DNA of 64,000 bases. Origin: Escherichia phage EPIMRB01. The notes beneath the pieces were generated by a model. That model was not told the origin of the DNA, searched no databases, and saw only the letters and a list, made by a program, of their open reading frames with translations. Below, one piece after another: positions 1 through 11,449 of this stretch. Positions within the stretch are counted from its first letter, which is position 1. Every line of letters begins with the position of its first letter. The position numbers and the translations under genes were made by a program. The stretch is taken from sequence record PQ657784; one strand, written 5' to 3'.

Positions 1-1049
1 TTGATGACTTTTTCGCAAAAGGTGGTTCAGAATATATTTTTGCAACTGCGCAAAACTGGCCAGAAGGCTTCTCTGGAATTTTAACTCTGTCTGGTGGATT
101 ATCATCAAATGCTGAAGTAACAGCAGGAGATTTGATGGAAGCCTGGGACTTCTTTGCTGACCGTGAATCTGTTGACGTTCAGTTGTTTATTGCGGGTTCT
201 TGTGCCGGTGAATCTTTAGAAACAGCATCTACTGTCCAAAAACACGTCGTTTCAATTGGGGATGCTCGCCAAGATTGCTTAGTATTGTGCTCACCACCGC
301 GTGAAACTGTAGTTGGAATTCCTGTAACTCGTGCTGTCGATAACTTAGTCAATTGGAGAACTGCAACTGGTTCATACACTGATAATAACTTTAATATCAG
401 TTCAACCTATGCAGCAATTGATGGTAACTACAAATATCAGTATGACAAATATAATGATGTAAATCGTTGGGTTCCATTAGCAGCTGATATTGCTGGTTTA
501 TGCGCGAGAACCGATAACGTTTCTCAGACTTGGATGTCTCCAGCTGGTTATAATCGCGGTCAGATTCTTAACGTTATTAAACTTGCTATTGAAACTCGCC
601 AAGCTCAGCGCGACCGTTTATATCAAGAAGCTATCAACCCAGTAACTGGTACAGGTGGTGATGGTTACGTATTGTATGGTGATAAAACAGCTACTTCTGT
701 TCCTTCTCCATTTGATCGTATTAACGTTCGTCGTCTGTTTAATATGTTGAAAACGAATATCGGACGTAGTTCAAAATATCGTTTGTTCGAATTAAACAAC
801 GCGTTTACTCGTTCATCATTCCGCACAGAAACTGCCCAATACTTACAGGGAATTAAAGCTCTCGGTGGAATTTATGAATATCGTGTAGTTTGCGATACAA
901 CAAATAACACTCCGTCAGTAATTGATAGAAATGAGTTTGTTGCAACATTCTACATCCAACCGGCTAGAAGCATTAACTACATTACCTTGAACTTCGTAGC
1001 AACTGCTACTGGTGCAGATTTCGATGAGTTAACTGGTCTTGCAGGTTAA
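1..1049 (+). CDS. 18: Tail sheath protein gp18, C-terminal portion (5' end lies outside window)
   Basis: Reading frame is open from window start to stop at 1049; sits directly upstream of tail tube gene 19 as in T4; terminator hairpin and late promoter motifs follow. Confidence 0.8.
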   Translation, partial: DDFFAKGGSEYIFATAQNWPEGFSGILTLSGGLSSNAEVTAGDLMEAWDFFADRESVDVQLFIAGSCAGESLETASTVQKHVVSIGDARQDCLVLCSPPRETVVGIPVTRAVDNLVNWRTATGSYTDNNFNISSTYAAIDGNYKYQYDKYNDVNRWVPLAADIAGLCARTDNVSQTWMSPAGYNRGQILNVIKLAIETRQAQRDRLYQEAINPVTGTGGDGYVLYGDKTATSVPSPFDRINVRRLFNMLKTNIGRSSKYRLFELNNAFTRSSFRTETAQYLQGIKALGGIYEYRVVCDTTNNTPSVIDRNEFVATFYIQPARSINYITLNFVATATGADFDELTGLAG

Positions 1050-1065
1050 TACGGTGCATTCTAAA

Positions 1066-1083
1066 GGCCTGTTTCGGCAGGCC
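1066..1083 (+). terminator. Hairpin after gene 18 (ggcctg tttcgg caggcc)
   Basis: 6-bp perfect stem seen directly downstream of gp18 stop; no clear U-tract, so may be an RNA-stability element rather than a terminator. Confidence 0.4.
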
Positions 1084-1143
1084 ATATAAATACACTATAT
1101 CCTTAATTCTTTAATTCTATATGCCCTAGGTTAAACATAGGGA

Positions 1144-1151
1144 TATAAATA
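1144..1151 (+). promoter_or_regulatory. T4-type late promoter motif TATAAATA upstream of gene 19 (second copy at 1085-1092)
   Basis: Exact TATAAATA 15 bp upstream of gene 19 ATG. Confidence 0.6.
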
Positions 1152-1165
1152 CTACAGAGGCTAAT

Positions 1166-1657
1166 ATGTTTGTAGATGATGTAACACGAGCGTTTGAATC
1201 TGGTGATTTTGCTCGACCTAACTTATTCCAAGTAGAAATTTCTTATCTTGGACAAAATTTTACGTTTCAATGTAAAGCCACTGCTTTACCAGCTGGTATT
1301 GTAGAAAAAATTCCAGTCGGATTTATGAACCGTAAAATTAACGTAGCAGGCGATCGTACATTCGATGACTGGACTGTTACAGTAATGAACGATGAGGCAC
1401 ATGATGCTCGCCAGAAGTTTGTTGATTGGCAAAGCATTGCTGCTGGGCAAGGGAACGAAATTACTGGTGGAAAACCAGCAGAATATAAAAAGAGCGCTGT
1501 TGTTCGCCAATACGCTCGTGATGCTAAAACTGTAACAAAAGAAGTCGAAATTAAAGGCCTGTGGCCTACTAACGTGGGTGAACTTCAATTAGATTGGGAT
1601 TCAAACAATGAAATCCAAACCTTTGAAGTAACTCTTGCTCTCGATTATTGGGAATAA
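1166..1657 (+). CDS. 19: Tail tube protein gp19
   Basis: 163-aa ORF with recognisable T4 gp19 sequence; preceded by TATAAATA late promoter motifs; position between 18 and 20. Confidence 0.9.
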   Translation: MFVDDVTRAFESGDFARPNLFQVEISYLGQNFTFQCKATALPAGIVEKIPVGFMNRKINVAGDRTFDDWTVTVMNDEAHDARQKFVDWQSIAAGQGNEITGGKPAEYKKSAVVRQYARDAKTVTKEVEIKGLWPTNVGELQLDWDSNNEIQTFEVTLALDYWE

Positions 1658-1689
1658 AATGAATGGGGAGAAATCCCCATCCTGCTTAA

Positions 1690-3314
<1,625 letters not shown>

Positions 3315-3315
<1 letters not shown>

Positions 3316-3554
3316 TGGAAGGTTTAATTGAAGCTATTAAATCAAACGACCTCGTAGCCGCTCGTAAATTCTTTGCTGAAGCCATGGCTGCAAGAACGAT
3401 TGATTTAATTAAAGAAGAAAAAATCGCTATCGCTCGTAATTTCTTAATCGAAGGTGAAGAACCTGATGATGAGGATGACGAAGATAGCGATGATAAAGAC
3501 GACAAAAAAGACAAAGACTCTGACGAAGATGACGAAGACGAGGATGATGAATAA
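3315..3554 (+). CDS. 67: Prohead core protein gp67 with acidic Asp/Glu-rich C-terminus
   Basis: 79-aa ORF, stop/start coupled to gene 20 and 68; strongly acidic C-terminal tail; T4 order 20-67-68-21. Confidence 0.8.
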
Positions 3555-3979
3555 TGCTTCTGATCCCTGAAACTCATGAATTAGTTCTCGAGAATGTCGA
3601 AGCACTTATTCCTGAAGCACAGGGTCGCTTTGACGAATTGTCTTCTGCTTTAAATAAAGACGATATAAATACAATTGTCGAGAATATGCTTGATGATGAA
3701 ACTGATTTAGCGATTGCATTAGCTTCTATTAATGAAGATATGCCGCTAAATGAATTCATCGTTAAACATGTTTCTGCTCGTGGTGAAATTACACGTACTA
3801 AAGACCGCAAGACGCGTGAACGTAATGCATTTCAAACCACCGGGCTGTCTAAAGCAAAACGTAGACAAATTGCTCGCAAAGCTACCAAAACGAAGATTGC
3901 CAACCCAGCAGGTCAATCTCGTGCTCAGCGTAAGCGTAAAAAAGCTCTTAAACGCCGTAAAGCATTAGGATTAAGCTAA
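3554..3979 (+). CDS. 68: Prohead core protein gp68
   Basis: 141-aa ORF, ATGA overlap with gene 67, basic C-terminus; T4 gene order. Confidence 0.8.
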   Translation: MLLIPETHELVLENVEALIPEAQGRFDELSSALNKDDINTIVENMLDDETDLAIALASINEDMPLNEFIVKHVSARGEITRTKDRKTRERNAFQTTGLSKAKRRQIARKATKTKIANPAGQSRAQRKRKKALKRRKALGLS

Positions 3980-4617
3980 TGAATGAACCCCAATTACTAA
4001 TTGAAACTTGGGGTCAACCTGGCGAAATTATTGATGGTGTGCCAATGCTTGAATCTCATGATGGAAAAGACCTCGGTTTAAAACCTGGTTTATACATCGA
4101 AGGAATATTCATGCAAGCGGAAGTCGTCAATAGAAATAAACGTCTTTATCCAAAACGCATATTAGAAAAAGCGGTAAAAGACTATATCAATGAGCAAGTT
4201 TTAACAAAACAAGCTCTCGGAGAATTAAATCATCCTCCACGCGCTAATGTTGACCCGATGCAAGCCGCTATCATTATAGAAGATATGTGGTGGAAAGGAA
4301 ATGACGTATACGGACGAGCTCGTGTTATTGAAGGTGACCATGGTCCTGGAGATAAATTAGCAGCTAATATTCGTGCCGGATGGATTCCAGGAGTTTCTTC
4401 TCGTGGATTAGGTTCATTGACTGACACAAATAAAGGTTATCGTATCGTAAACGAAGGATTCAAATTAACTGTAGGTGTTGATGCAGTATGGGGTCCAAGT
4501 GCTCCAGATGCATGGGTAACTCCTAAGGAAATTACCGAATCACAGACGGCGGAAGCCGATACAAGTGCCGATGACGCCTATATGGCTCTCGCAGAGGCCA
4601 TGAAAAAAGCGTTATAA
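3979..4617 (+). CDS. 21: Prohead core protease gp21
   Basis: 212-aa ORF, T4 gp21-like sequence, position between 68 and 22. Confidence 0.9.
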   Translation: MNEPQLLIETWGQPGEIIDGVPMLESHDGKDLGLKPGLYIEGIFMQAEVVNRNKRLYPKRILEKAVKDYINEQVLTKQALGELNHPPRANVDPMQAAIIIEDMWWKGNDVYGRARVIEGDHGPGDKLAANIRAGWIPGVSSRGLGSLTDTNKGYRIVNEGFKLTVGVDAVWGPSAPDAWVTPKEITESQTAEADTSADDAYMALAEAMKKAL

Positions 4618-4647
4618 ATATTATTATCTAAACAACAGGACTACAAA

Positions 4648-5457
4648 ATGCTTAAAGAACAACTGATTGCTGAAGCGCAAAAAATTGATGCTTCCGTTGC
4701 TCTTGATAGTATTTTCGAATCAGTTAATATTTCTCCGGAAGCAAAAGAAACTTTCGGCACTGTATTCGAAGCTACCGTCAAGCAGCACGCCGTTAAATTA
4801 GCTGAATCTCATATCGCTAAAATTGCTGAAAAAGCAGAAGAAGAAGTAGAAAAAAATAAAGAAGAAGCCGAAGAAAAAGCTGAGAAGAAAATCGCTGAGC
4901 AAGCTTCTAAATTCATCGACCATCTTGCGAAAGAATGGCTCGCTGAAAATAAATTAGCAGTTGATAAAGGCATCAAAGCCGAACTGTTTGAATCCATGCT
5001 TGGTGGATTAAAAGAGCTCTTTGTTGAACACAACGTTGTTGTTCCAGAAGAATCAGTTGATGTTGTAGCTGAAATGGAAGAAGAGCTGCAAGAACATAAA
5101 GAAGAATCAGCTCGTCTGTTCGAAGAACTCAATATGCGCGACGCATATATCAATTATGTGCAGCGTGAAGTGGCATTGAGCGAAAGTACTAAAGATCTGA
5201 CTGAGTCTCAAAAAGAAAAAGTCTCTGCTCTGGTCGAAGGTATGGATTATTCAGATGCATTCTCAAGTAAATTGAGTGCCATCGTAGAAATGGTGAAGAA
5301 ATCTAATAAAGATGAAAGCACTATTACTGAGAGTATAAATACTCCTGATACTGAAGCAGCCGGACTGAATTTCGTCACTGAAGCTGTAGAAGATAAAGCT
5401 GCACCTGGTGCAGAAGATATTGTAAGTGTATATGCGAAAGTCGCATCTCGTTTCTAA
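4648..5457 (+). CDS. 22: Prohead core scaffold protein gp22
   Basis: 269-aa highly charged, coiled-coil-like (E/K-rich) protein immediately upstream of the major capsid gene. Confidence 0.9.
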   Translation: MLKEQLIAEAQKIDASVALDSIFESVNISPEAKETFGTVFEATVKQHAVKLAESHIAKIAEKAEEEVEKNKEEAEEKAEKKIAEQASKFIDHLAKEWLAENKLAVDKGIKAELFESMLGGLKELFVEHNVVVPEESVDVVAEMEEELQEHKEESARLFEELNMRDAYINYVQREVALSESTKDLTESQKEKVSALVEGMDYSDAFSSKLSAIVEMVKKSNKDESTITESINTPDTEAAGLNFVTEAVEDKAAPGAEDIVSVYAKVASRF

Positions 5458-5475
5458 TTTTAAAGGTTAACACAA

Positions 5476-7041
5476 ATGACTATCAAAACTAAAGCTGAAC
5501 TTTTGAACAAATGGAAGCCATTACTGGAAGGTGAAGGTTTACCGGAAATTGCTAATAGCAAACAAGCGATTATCGCTAAAATCTTTGAAAACCAGGAAAA
5601 AGATTTCCAGACAGCTCCAGAATACAAAGACGAAAAAATCGCTCAGGCGTTCGGTTCTTTCTTAACAGAAGCTGAAATCGGTGGTGACCACGGTTACAAC
5701 GCTACTAACATCGCTGCTGGTCAAACTTCTGGCGCAGTAACTCAGATTGGCCCAGCTGTTATGGGTATGGTACGTCGTGCTATTCCTAACCTGATTGCTT
5801 TCGATATTTGCGGTGTTCAGCCGATGAACAGCCCGACTGGTCAGGTATTCGCACTGCGCGCAGTATATGGTAAAGACCCAATCGCTGCCGGCGCTAAAGA
5901 AGCATTCCACCCAATGTATGGTCCAGATGCAATGTTCTCTGGTCAGGGTGCTGCTAAGAAATTCACAGCTCTGGCTGCTAGCACACAAACCACAGTAGGT
6001 GATATCTATACTCACTTCTTCCAGGACACTGGTACTGTGTATCTGCAAGCTTCTGCTCAAGTAACAATTAGTGCAAGCGCAACTGACGCTGCTAAATTAG
6101 ATGCTGAAATTAAGAAACAAATGGAAGCTGGTGTACTGGTAGAAATCGCTGAAGGTATGGCTACTTCTATCGCTGAACTTCAGGAAGGTTTCAACGGTTC
6201 TACCGATAACCCATGGAATGAAATGGGCTTCCGTATCGATAAACAAGTTATCGAAGCTAAATCTCGTCAGCTGAAAGCTGCTTACTCTATCGAATTAGCA
6301 CAAGACCTCCGCGCTGTTCACGGTATGGATGCTGATGCTGAACTGTCTGGTATTCTGGCTACCGAAATCATGCTGGAAATCAACCGCGAAGTTGTTGATT
6401 GGATTAACTACTCAGCTCAGGTTGGTAAATCTGGTATGACCCTGACTCCGGGTTCTAAAGCTGGTGTATTTGACTTCCAGGATCCGATTGATATTCGTGG
6501 TGCTCGCTGGGCGGGTGAATCCTTTAAAGCTCTGTTGTTCCAGATTGACAAAGAAGCAGTTGAAATTGCTCGTCAGACTGGTCGTGGTGAAGGTAACTTC
6601 ATTATCGCTTCCCGTAACGTAGTTAACGTTCTGGCTTCAGTTGATACTGGCATTTCTTATGCTGCACAGGGTCTGGCTACCGGCTTTAACACTGATACTA
6701 CCAAGTCAGTATTTGCTGGTGTTCTGGGTGGTAAATACCGTGTATATATCGACCAGTATGCTAAACAGGATTATTTCACTGTAGGTTATAAAGGTCCGAA
6801 CGAAATGGATGCTGGTATTTACTACGCTCCATATGTAGCTCTGACTCCGCTGCGTGGTTCCGATCCGAAGAACTTCCAACCAGTAATGGGATTCAAAACT
6901 CGTTACGGTATCGGTATCAACCCATTTGCAGAATCCGCTGCTCAGGCTCCGGCTTCTCGCATCCAGAGCGGTATGCCTTCTATTCTGAATAGCCTTGGTA
7001 AAAACGCTTACTTCCGCCGTGTATATGTTAAAGGTATCTAA
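5476..7041 (+). CDS. 23: Major capsid protein gp23
   Basis: 521-aa ORF whose sequence I recognise as T4 gp23 (same length); followed by strong hairpin terminator. Confidence 0.95.
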   Translation: MTIKTKAELLNKWKPLLEGEGLPEIANSKQAIIAKIFENQEKDFQTAPEYKDEKIAQAFGSFLTEAEIGGDHGYNATNIAAGQTSGAVTQIGPAVMGMVRRAIPNLIAFDICGVQPMNSPTGQVFALRAVYGKDPIAAGAKEAFHPMYGPDAMFSGQGAAKKFTALAASTQTTVGDIYTHFFQDTGTVYLQASAQVTISASATDAAKLDAEIKKQMEAGVLVEIAEGMATSIAELQEGFNGSTDNPWNEMGFRIDKQVIEAKSRQLKAAYSIELAQDLRAVHGMDADAELSGILATEIMLEINREVVDWINYSAQVGKSGMTLTPGSKAGVFDFQDPIDIRGARWAGESFKALLFQIDKEAVEIARQTGRGEGNFIIASRNVVNVLASVDTGISYAAQGLATGFNTDTTKSVFAGVLGGKYRVYIDQYAKQDYFTVGYKGPNEMDAGIYYAPYVALTPLRGSDPKNFQPVMGFKTRYGIGINPFAESAAQAPASRIQSGMPSILNSLGKNAYFRRVYVKGI

Positions 7042-7056
7042 TCTTTGACGATTTAA

Positions 7057-7080
7057 GGGACCTTCGGGTCCCTTTAGTTG
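7057..7080 (+). terminator. Rho-independent terminator after gene 23
   Basis: gggacc ttcg ggtccc followed by T-rich run. Confidence 0.65.
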
Positions 7081-7089
7081 TTTTTATGG

Positions 7090-7097
7090 TATAAATA
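7090..7097 (+). promoter_or_regulatory. Late promoter motif upstream of gene 24
   Basis: Exact TATAAATA between terminator hairpin and gene 24 start. Confidence 0.6.
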
Positions 7098-7124
7098 AAT
7101 CATATAAACCAAAAGGAAAGCGCA

Positions 7125-8408
7125 ATGGCTAAAATCAACGAACTTCTGCGCGAATCAACCACAACGAATAGCAACTCAATCGGTCGCCCAAATCTCGTTG
7201 CTTTGACTCGCGCTACCACTAAATTAATATATTCTGACATTGTAGCAACGCAAAGAACTAATCAACCTGTTGCTGCTTTTTATGGTATCAAATACCTTAA
7301 CCCAGATAACGAATTTACATTTAAAACTGGTGCTACTTACGCCGGCGAAGCTGGGTATGTAGACCGAGAACAAATCACAGAATTAACAGAAGAGTCTAAA
7401 TTAACTCTCAATAAAGGCGATTTATTCAAATATAATAATATCGTTTATAAAGTATTAGAAGATACACCATTTGCTGATATTGAAGAAAGCGATTTAGAAT
7501 TAGCTCTTCAGATTGCAATCGTTCTTTTAAAGGTTCGTCTATTTTCTGATGCTGCAGTAACAAGCAAATTTGAAAGCTCTGATAGTGAAATTGCGGATGC
7601 TAGATTCCAGATTAATAAATGGCAAACCGCAGTTAAATCTCGTAAACTTAAAACTGGCATCACAGTTGAATTAGCACAAGATTTAGAAGCAAATGGATTC
7701 GATGCTCCTAATTTCTTGGAAGATTTGCTTGCAACCGAAATGGCGGATGAAATCAATAAAGATATTCTGCAGTCTTTGATTACAGTATCAAAACGCTATA
7801 AAGTTACAGGAATTACTGATACTGGATTCATTGATTTGAGTTATGCATCTGCACCTGAAGCTGGTCGTTCATTATACCGAATGGTATGCGAAATGGTTTC
7901 ACATATCCAGAAAGAATCAACTTATACTGCAACGTTCTGTGTTGCTTCAGCTCGTGCCGCTGCGATTCTTGCTGCATCAGGTTGGTTAAAACATAAACCA
8001 GAAGATGACAAATATCTTTCACAAAATGCCTACGGGTTCTTAGCTAATGGTTTACCGCTTTATTGCGATACCAACAGCCCATTAGATTATGTAATCGTGG
8101 GTGTAGTAGAAAATATAGGTGAAAAAGAAATTGTTGGATCAATTTTCTATGCTCCGTATACAGAAGGCCTTGACTTAGATGACCCTGAACATGTAGGTGC
8201 ATTTAAAGTTGTAGTTGATCCAGAAAGTTTGCAGCCATCTATCGGTTTATTAGTTAGATATGCTTTATCTGCAAATCCTTACACTGTAGCAAAAGATGAA
8301 AAAGAAGCAAGAGTAATTGACGGTGGAGACATGGATAAAATGGCGGGTCGTTCAGATTTGTCTGTTTTATTAGGTGTTAAGCTACCAAAAATTATCATTG
8401 ATGAATAA
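7125..8408 (+). CDS. 24: Capsid vertex protein gp24 (gp23 paralog)
   Basis: 427-aa ORF with gp23-like fold motifs, late promoter TATAAATA 30 bp upstream, T4 position. Confidence 0.9.
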   Translation: MAKINELLRESTTTNSNSIGRPNLVALTRATTKLIYSDIVATQRTNQPVAAFYGIKYLNPDNEFTFKTGATYAGEAGYVDREQITELTEESKLTLNKGDLFKYNNIVYKVLEDTPFADIEESDLELALQIAIVLLKVRLFSDAAVTSKFESSDSEIADARFQINKWQTAVKSRKLKTGITVELAQDLEANGFDAPNFLEDLLATEMADEINKDILQSLITVSKRYKVTGITDTGFIDLSYASAPEAGRSLYRMVCEMVSHIQKESTYTATFCVASARAAAILAASGWLKHKPEDDKYLSQNAYGFLANGLPLYCDTNSPLDYVIVGVVENIGEKEIVGSIFYAPYTEGLDLDDPEHVGAFKVVVDPESLQPSIGLLVRYALSANPYTVAKDEKEARVIDGGDMDKMAGRSDLSVLLGVKLPKIIIDE

Positions 8409-8414
8409 AACAAA

Positions 8415-8435
8415 GGGACCTTTCGGTCCCTTTTT
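8415..8435. terminator. Bidirectional terminator between gene 24 (+) and rnlB (-)
   Basis: gggacc tttc ggtccc flanked by A-run upstream and T-run downstream. Confidence 0.65.
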
Positions 8436-8437
8436 AT

Positions 8438-9442
8438 TTAACTTACCAATTCAATCCAAGCCGGACGAAGTACATCTTGTACCATTTTAACTAATTCCTT
8501 TTTAACCAAAGAAGGACTATCCGCTTGAGTTAGAGTAATACCTTCACGAGAAGTTTCTTCCAAAATATCTTGAACAGTTAGTCCCATCACCTTTCCAAAA
8601 TCTTTTGGACCAATTTCGCCAATTTTAGAAATAACGTTATTTACTCGGTTCAGTGTAACGTAACAAGCTAAAATTCCCACCAATTTGTTATCAGCTTCTG
8701 ACAGTTCAACTTTAGCTTTAATAGGCTTATCAGACTTTTTCTTTTCACTAAATTTAGAGTTCTTGCATTTGATGGCTACACGATTGCGATTAGGCAGCCA
8801 AGAAGGATAACAAGGTTTCAATACATATCCTTCAGCGGTAAATACTTCGCCTTTTGCTTCGGCATTCCAAACGCATTTATTTGCATCAACTAATCCAGCG
8901 TGGTCTACCGTAAAATTATAATCTTGGACGACGGAATCTAAATCATTTGGCAATTTAATAAGTTCTTCAAATTTACCGCGACCTAAAAGTGGAGCCATTT
9001 TAAATTTAAATGTATTACAGAATGATTCCATCATATAATCATCGACATAAGTCACATCACCACTTTCTGTAGTAACAATAATGTCAAATACATAAAAATC
9101 TTTATCGCCATAATCGACATTCTTCTGAATGCCAGGTCCAGCGAATTCGCCAAAGACTTGATAAGATACAACCGCTGAAGTTTCCATAATATCTTGTACT
9201 GCTTTAATGGAATCAGCGTAATTCTTTAAAACAATTTCATACCCAAAGAAATCTTCAGCAGGAAGAATAGGACCAGTGCGTTTAGCACAAGTTACTTTAT
9301 CACGCTCAATAATCAATGAGAAATTTGTGCCGTGAATCTTTTCACGAGCTACCCATTCGCCGCCAGTCAATCCTAAACTGTAAAGTTTTTCAATAAATTT
9401 AGAGTTGTAATGATTTTCAAGACTGCTATACTTTTTAAACAT
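8438..9442 (-). CDS. rnlB: RNA ligase 2 (Rnl2)
   Basis: 334 aa; nucleotidyltransferase motif I lysine in EKIHGTN near N-terminus; T4 rnlB length and position after gene 24. Confidence 0.85.
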   Translation of the reverse strand: MFKKYSSLENHYNSKFIEKLYSLGLTGGEWVAREKIHGTNFSLIIERDKVTCAKRTGPILPAEDFFGYEIVLKNYADSIKAVQDIMETSAVVSYQVFGEFAGPGIQKNVDYGDKDFYVFDIIVTTESGDVTYVDDYMMESFCNTFKFKMAPLLGRGKFEELIKLPNDLDSVVQDYNFTVDHAGLVDANKCVWNAEAKGEVFTAEGYVLKPCYPSWLPNRNRVAIKCKNSKFSEKKKSDKPIKAKVELSEADNKLVGILACYVTLNRVNNVISKIGEIGPKDFGKVMGLTVQDILEETSREGITLTQADSPSLVKKELVKMVQDVLRPAWIELVS

Positions 9443-9451
9443 AATTAATCC

Positions 9452-9730
9452 TCAAAATGTAATTTCTAACCAATCACCATCACGCTGATCACTATTGACT
9501 TTAAAGCTAAATCCTTCTTTTCTCAGCCAATCACCAATTTCTTCAGTAATCAATTTATCGCGAGCAGTACAATAATAACTAAAATATGTTTTACCTTGTT
9601 CAGCTGCTTTATTAGCAAGTTCCGAAAAATCTTTAATAAAACACTCTAGCTTAAACTGTTTACTTTTAAGTGCTTTTTCGCGTAATCGATTAGCAAAAGA
9701 TTCATTTTCATAAAGATCATACTGTTCCAT
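9452..9730 (-). CDS. Hypothetical protein (24.2 position)
   Basis: 92-aa ORF in track, co-directional and tightly packed with rnlB; function unknown. Confidence 0.6.
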   Translation of the reverse strand: MEQYDLYENESFANRLREKALKSKQFKLECFIKDFSELANKAAEQGKTYFSYYCTARDKLITEEIGDWLRKEGFSFKVNSDQRDGDWLEITF

Positions 9731-9932
9731 TTTTCACCTTTTTATTAATATGCCTTTTTCTATAAACAACTTTTTCTCGAGTTTCAAATTTATTCTTAGC
9801 AGTCATAGCTCGAGCCCATAATACAGCCACTTCCTTTGCCTGTAAGTTTAATTCACGAGCAATTTCAATGAATGACTTTCCAGACTCATGAAGAGTAAAC
9901 ACCACAACCTCAGTTCTCATAATCAATCTCAT
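9717..9932 (-). CDS. Hypothetical protein (24.3 position); start ambiguous between ATG 9932 and ATG 9920
   Basis: 71-aa ORF in track, overlaps next ORF by a few codons; no recognisable motif. Confidence 0.5.
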   Translation of the reverse strand: MRLIMRTEVVVFTLHESGKSFIEIARELNLQAKEVAVLWARAMTAKNKFETREKVVYRKRHINKKVKNGTV

Positions 9933-10021
9933 GTTATCGAGTTGATGCCATTATATACATCATTTTCTGAGCGTGTTTTGTGTGCTTTCAAAATGAAGAA
10001 AGGGGCAGAAGCCCCTTATGA

Positions 10022-11440
10022 TTATGGATAGGTATAGATGATACCAGTTTCTAAAGCAGTTTTATGAATGATGTATCCATTACGTGATTCTTGAACATCA
10101 ACTTCTGGATAGTCTTTCATCATCTTCTGAAGGGTGTAACGATGCAGGTAGTATTTACTATCTGGATCTTCAGTTTTCCAATCTTTACCTTCTTCAGTCA
10201 TTTTTTGGATTTCATCCATAACCCACCAACCGCACCAGATATAAGCTGAAGTACGATGTGGAAGAGGATGAACATAAGGCAATTCACCTTCTGGTTCTGG
10301 AGCAACTTTATCAGTTACCTGAACTTGACCTTCTGCTGTGATAGTTTTGCTATCATAATCAGTAGCAGTAACAGTTGCAGTAACTTCAATAGTTTGACTT
10401 CCAATAGATGATGTATCAACAGTGTATACATTAGTTGACCCTTCTACTGGAGAAGAATCTTTCTTCCATGAATATTCGATTTGTGCTTCTTCTGGAGCAT
10501 CCGTAACATTAGCAGTAAATGTAGCCGAAGCATCTTGCTGAACGTTAATAGAAGGAGGAGTCAATGTAACCTGTGGATTCATTGTCTTCTTATTAACTGT
10601 CAATGATACTTCATTAGAAGTAACTTCCTTTTCATTGTAATTTTCAGCCGTTACTTGGGCTACACACTTAACTGTTTTAGCTCCAACTGTGGTAGGAGTA
10701 TAGTTAAATGTAGTAGTAGTTTCTCCATCGACCAGAGAACCGTCAACATACCACTGATACGTAGCAGACGCTCCATCGGGTTGAGAAACTAAGGCAGCAG
10801 TAAATTGAACTGGGGTTCCAATAACTCCTGCTGGAGGATTAGCAGGAGTTACGGCTAACGTAGTTGTCTGTGTTTTCTTATTAACAGTCAGTGACACTTC
10901 ATTAGAAGTAACTTCCTTTGCATCATAATCTGTCGCGGTTACTTGAGCTACACACTTAATTGTTTTAACTCCGCTTGCGTCAGGAGTGTAATTGAATGTA
11001 GTGCCAGTTGCTTCGCCCACAGGAGAACCGTCAACGTACCATTGATATGTAGCGTTTGCACCTGATGGCTGTGAAGCTAAGGCAGCGGTAAATTCAATTG
11101 GAGTTCCAATCACTCCAGCATCAGGGCTACCAGGAGTTACAGCTAAAGTAGTTGTTTGTGTCTTATTTTGAACTGTGATAGTTGTACTAATTTCTGCTGT
11201 TTCAGGTTCAGATTCTGCAACTTGATTGGTTGCAACTACTTTAATAGTCTTTTGACCGGCAGGTCCTTTTAGTACATAACTAAAAGTTGCTGACGTTTCT
11301 TCCTGTGGAGCGTCGTCTACAGTCCAAGCATATGTAATAGGTCCATCTCCAGTTTGACCACTGGGTGTAGCAGTAAACTGCTGAGTCTGATCTATAACTC
11401 CAGTAGGTGTTTTAGGAGTTATATCAACTGTAAAAGTCAT
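10022..11440 (-). CDS. hoc: Highly immunogenic outer capsid protein Hoc, 472 aa with four Ig-like domains plus C-terminal capsid-binding domain
   Basis: N- and C-terminal sequence recognisably Hoc; internal 96-aa Ig-like unit present as two diverged tandem copies; T4 Hoc as I recall is 376 aa. Confidence 0.9.
   Translation of the reverse strand: MTFTVDITPKTPTGVIDQTQQFTATPSGQTGDGPITYAWTVDDAPQEETSATFSYVLKGPAGQKTIKVVATNQVAESEPETAEISTTITVQNKTQTTTLAVTPGSPDAGVIGTPIEFTAALASQPSGANATYQWYVDGSPVGEATGTTFNYTPDASGVKTIKCVAQVTATDYDAKEVTSNEVSLTVNKKTQTTTLAVTPANPPAGVIGTPVQFTAALVSQPDGASATYQWYVDGSLVDGETTTTFNYTPTTVGAKTVKCVAQVTAENYNEKEVTSNEVSLTVNKKTMNPQVTLTPPSINVQQDASATFTANVTDAPEEAQIEYSWKKDSSPVEGSTNVYTVDTSSIGSQTIEVTATVTATDYDSKTITAEGQVQVTDKVAPEPEGELPYVHPLPHRTSAYIWCGWWVMDEIQKMTEEGKDWKTEDPDSKYYLHRYTLQKMMKDYPEVDVQESRNGYIIHKTALETGIIYTYP
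10589..11164 (-). repeat. Two diverged tandem 288-bp repeat units inside hoc (encode duplicated Ig-like domain)
   Basis: Protein units aa 93-188 and 189-284 are about 80 percent identical; DNA landmarks recur at exactly 288-bp offset (e.g. cttattaac at 10589 and 10877). Confidence 0.85.
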
Positions 11441-11449
11441 AAGTTATCC

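Noticed and set aside
5662-6060. Minus-strand 132-aa ORF inside gene 23, and similar antisense ORFs inside genes 18, 22, 34 and 37
   Set aside because: Embedded antisense ORFs within strongly supported structural genes; no promoter or SD and no recognisable protein features.
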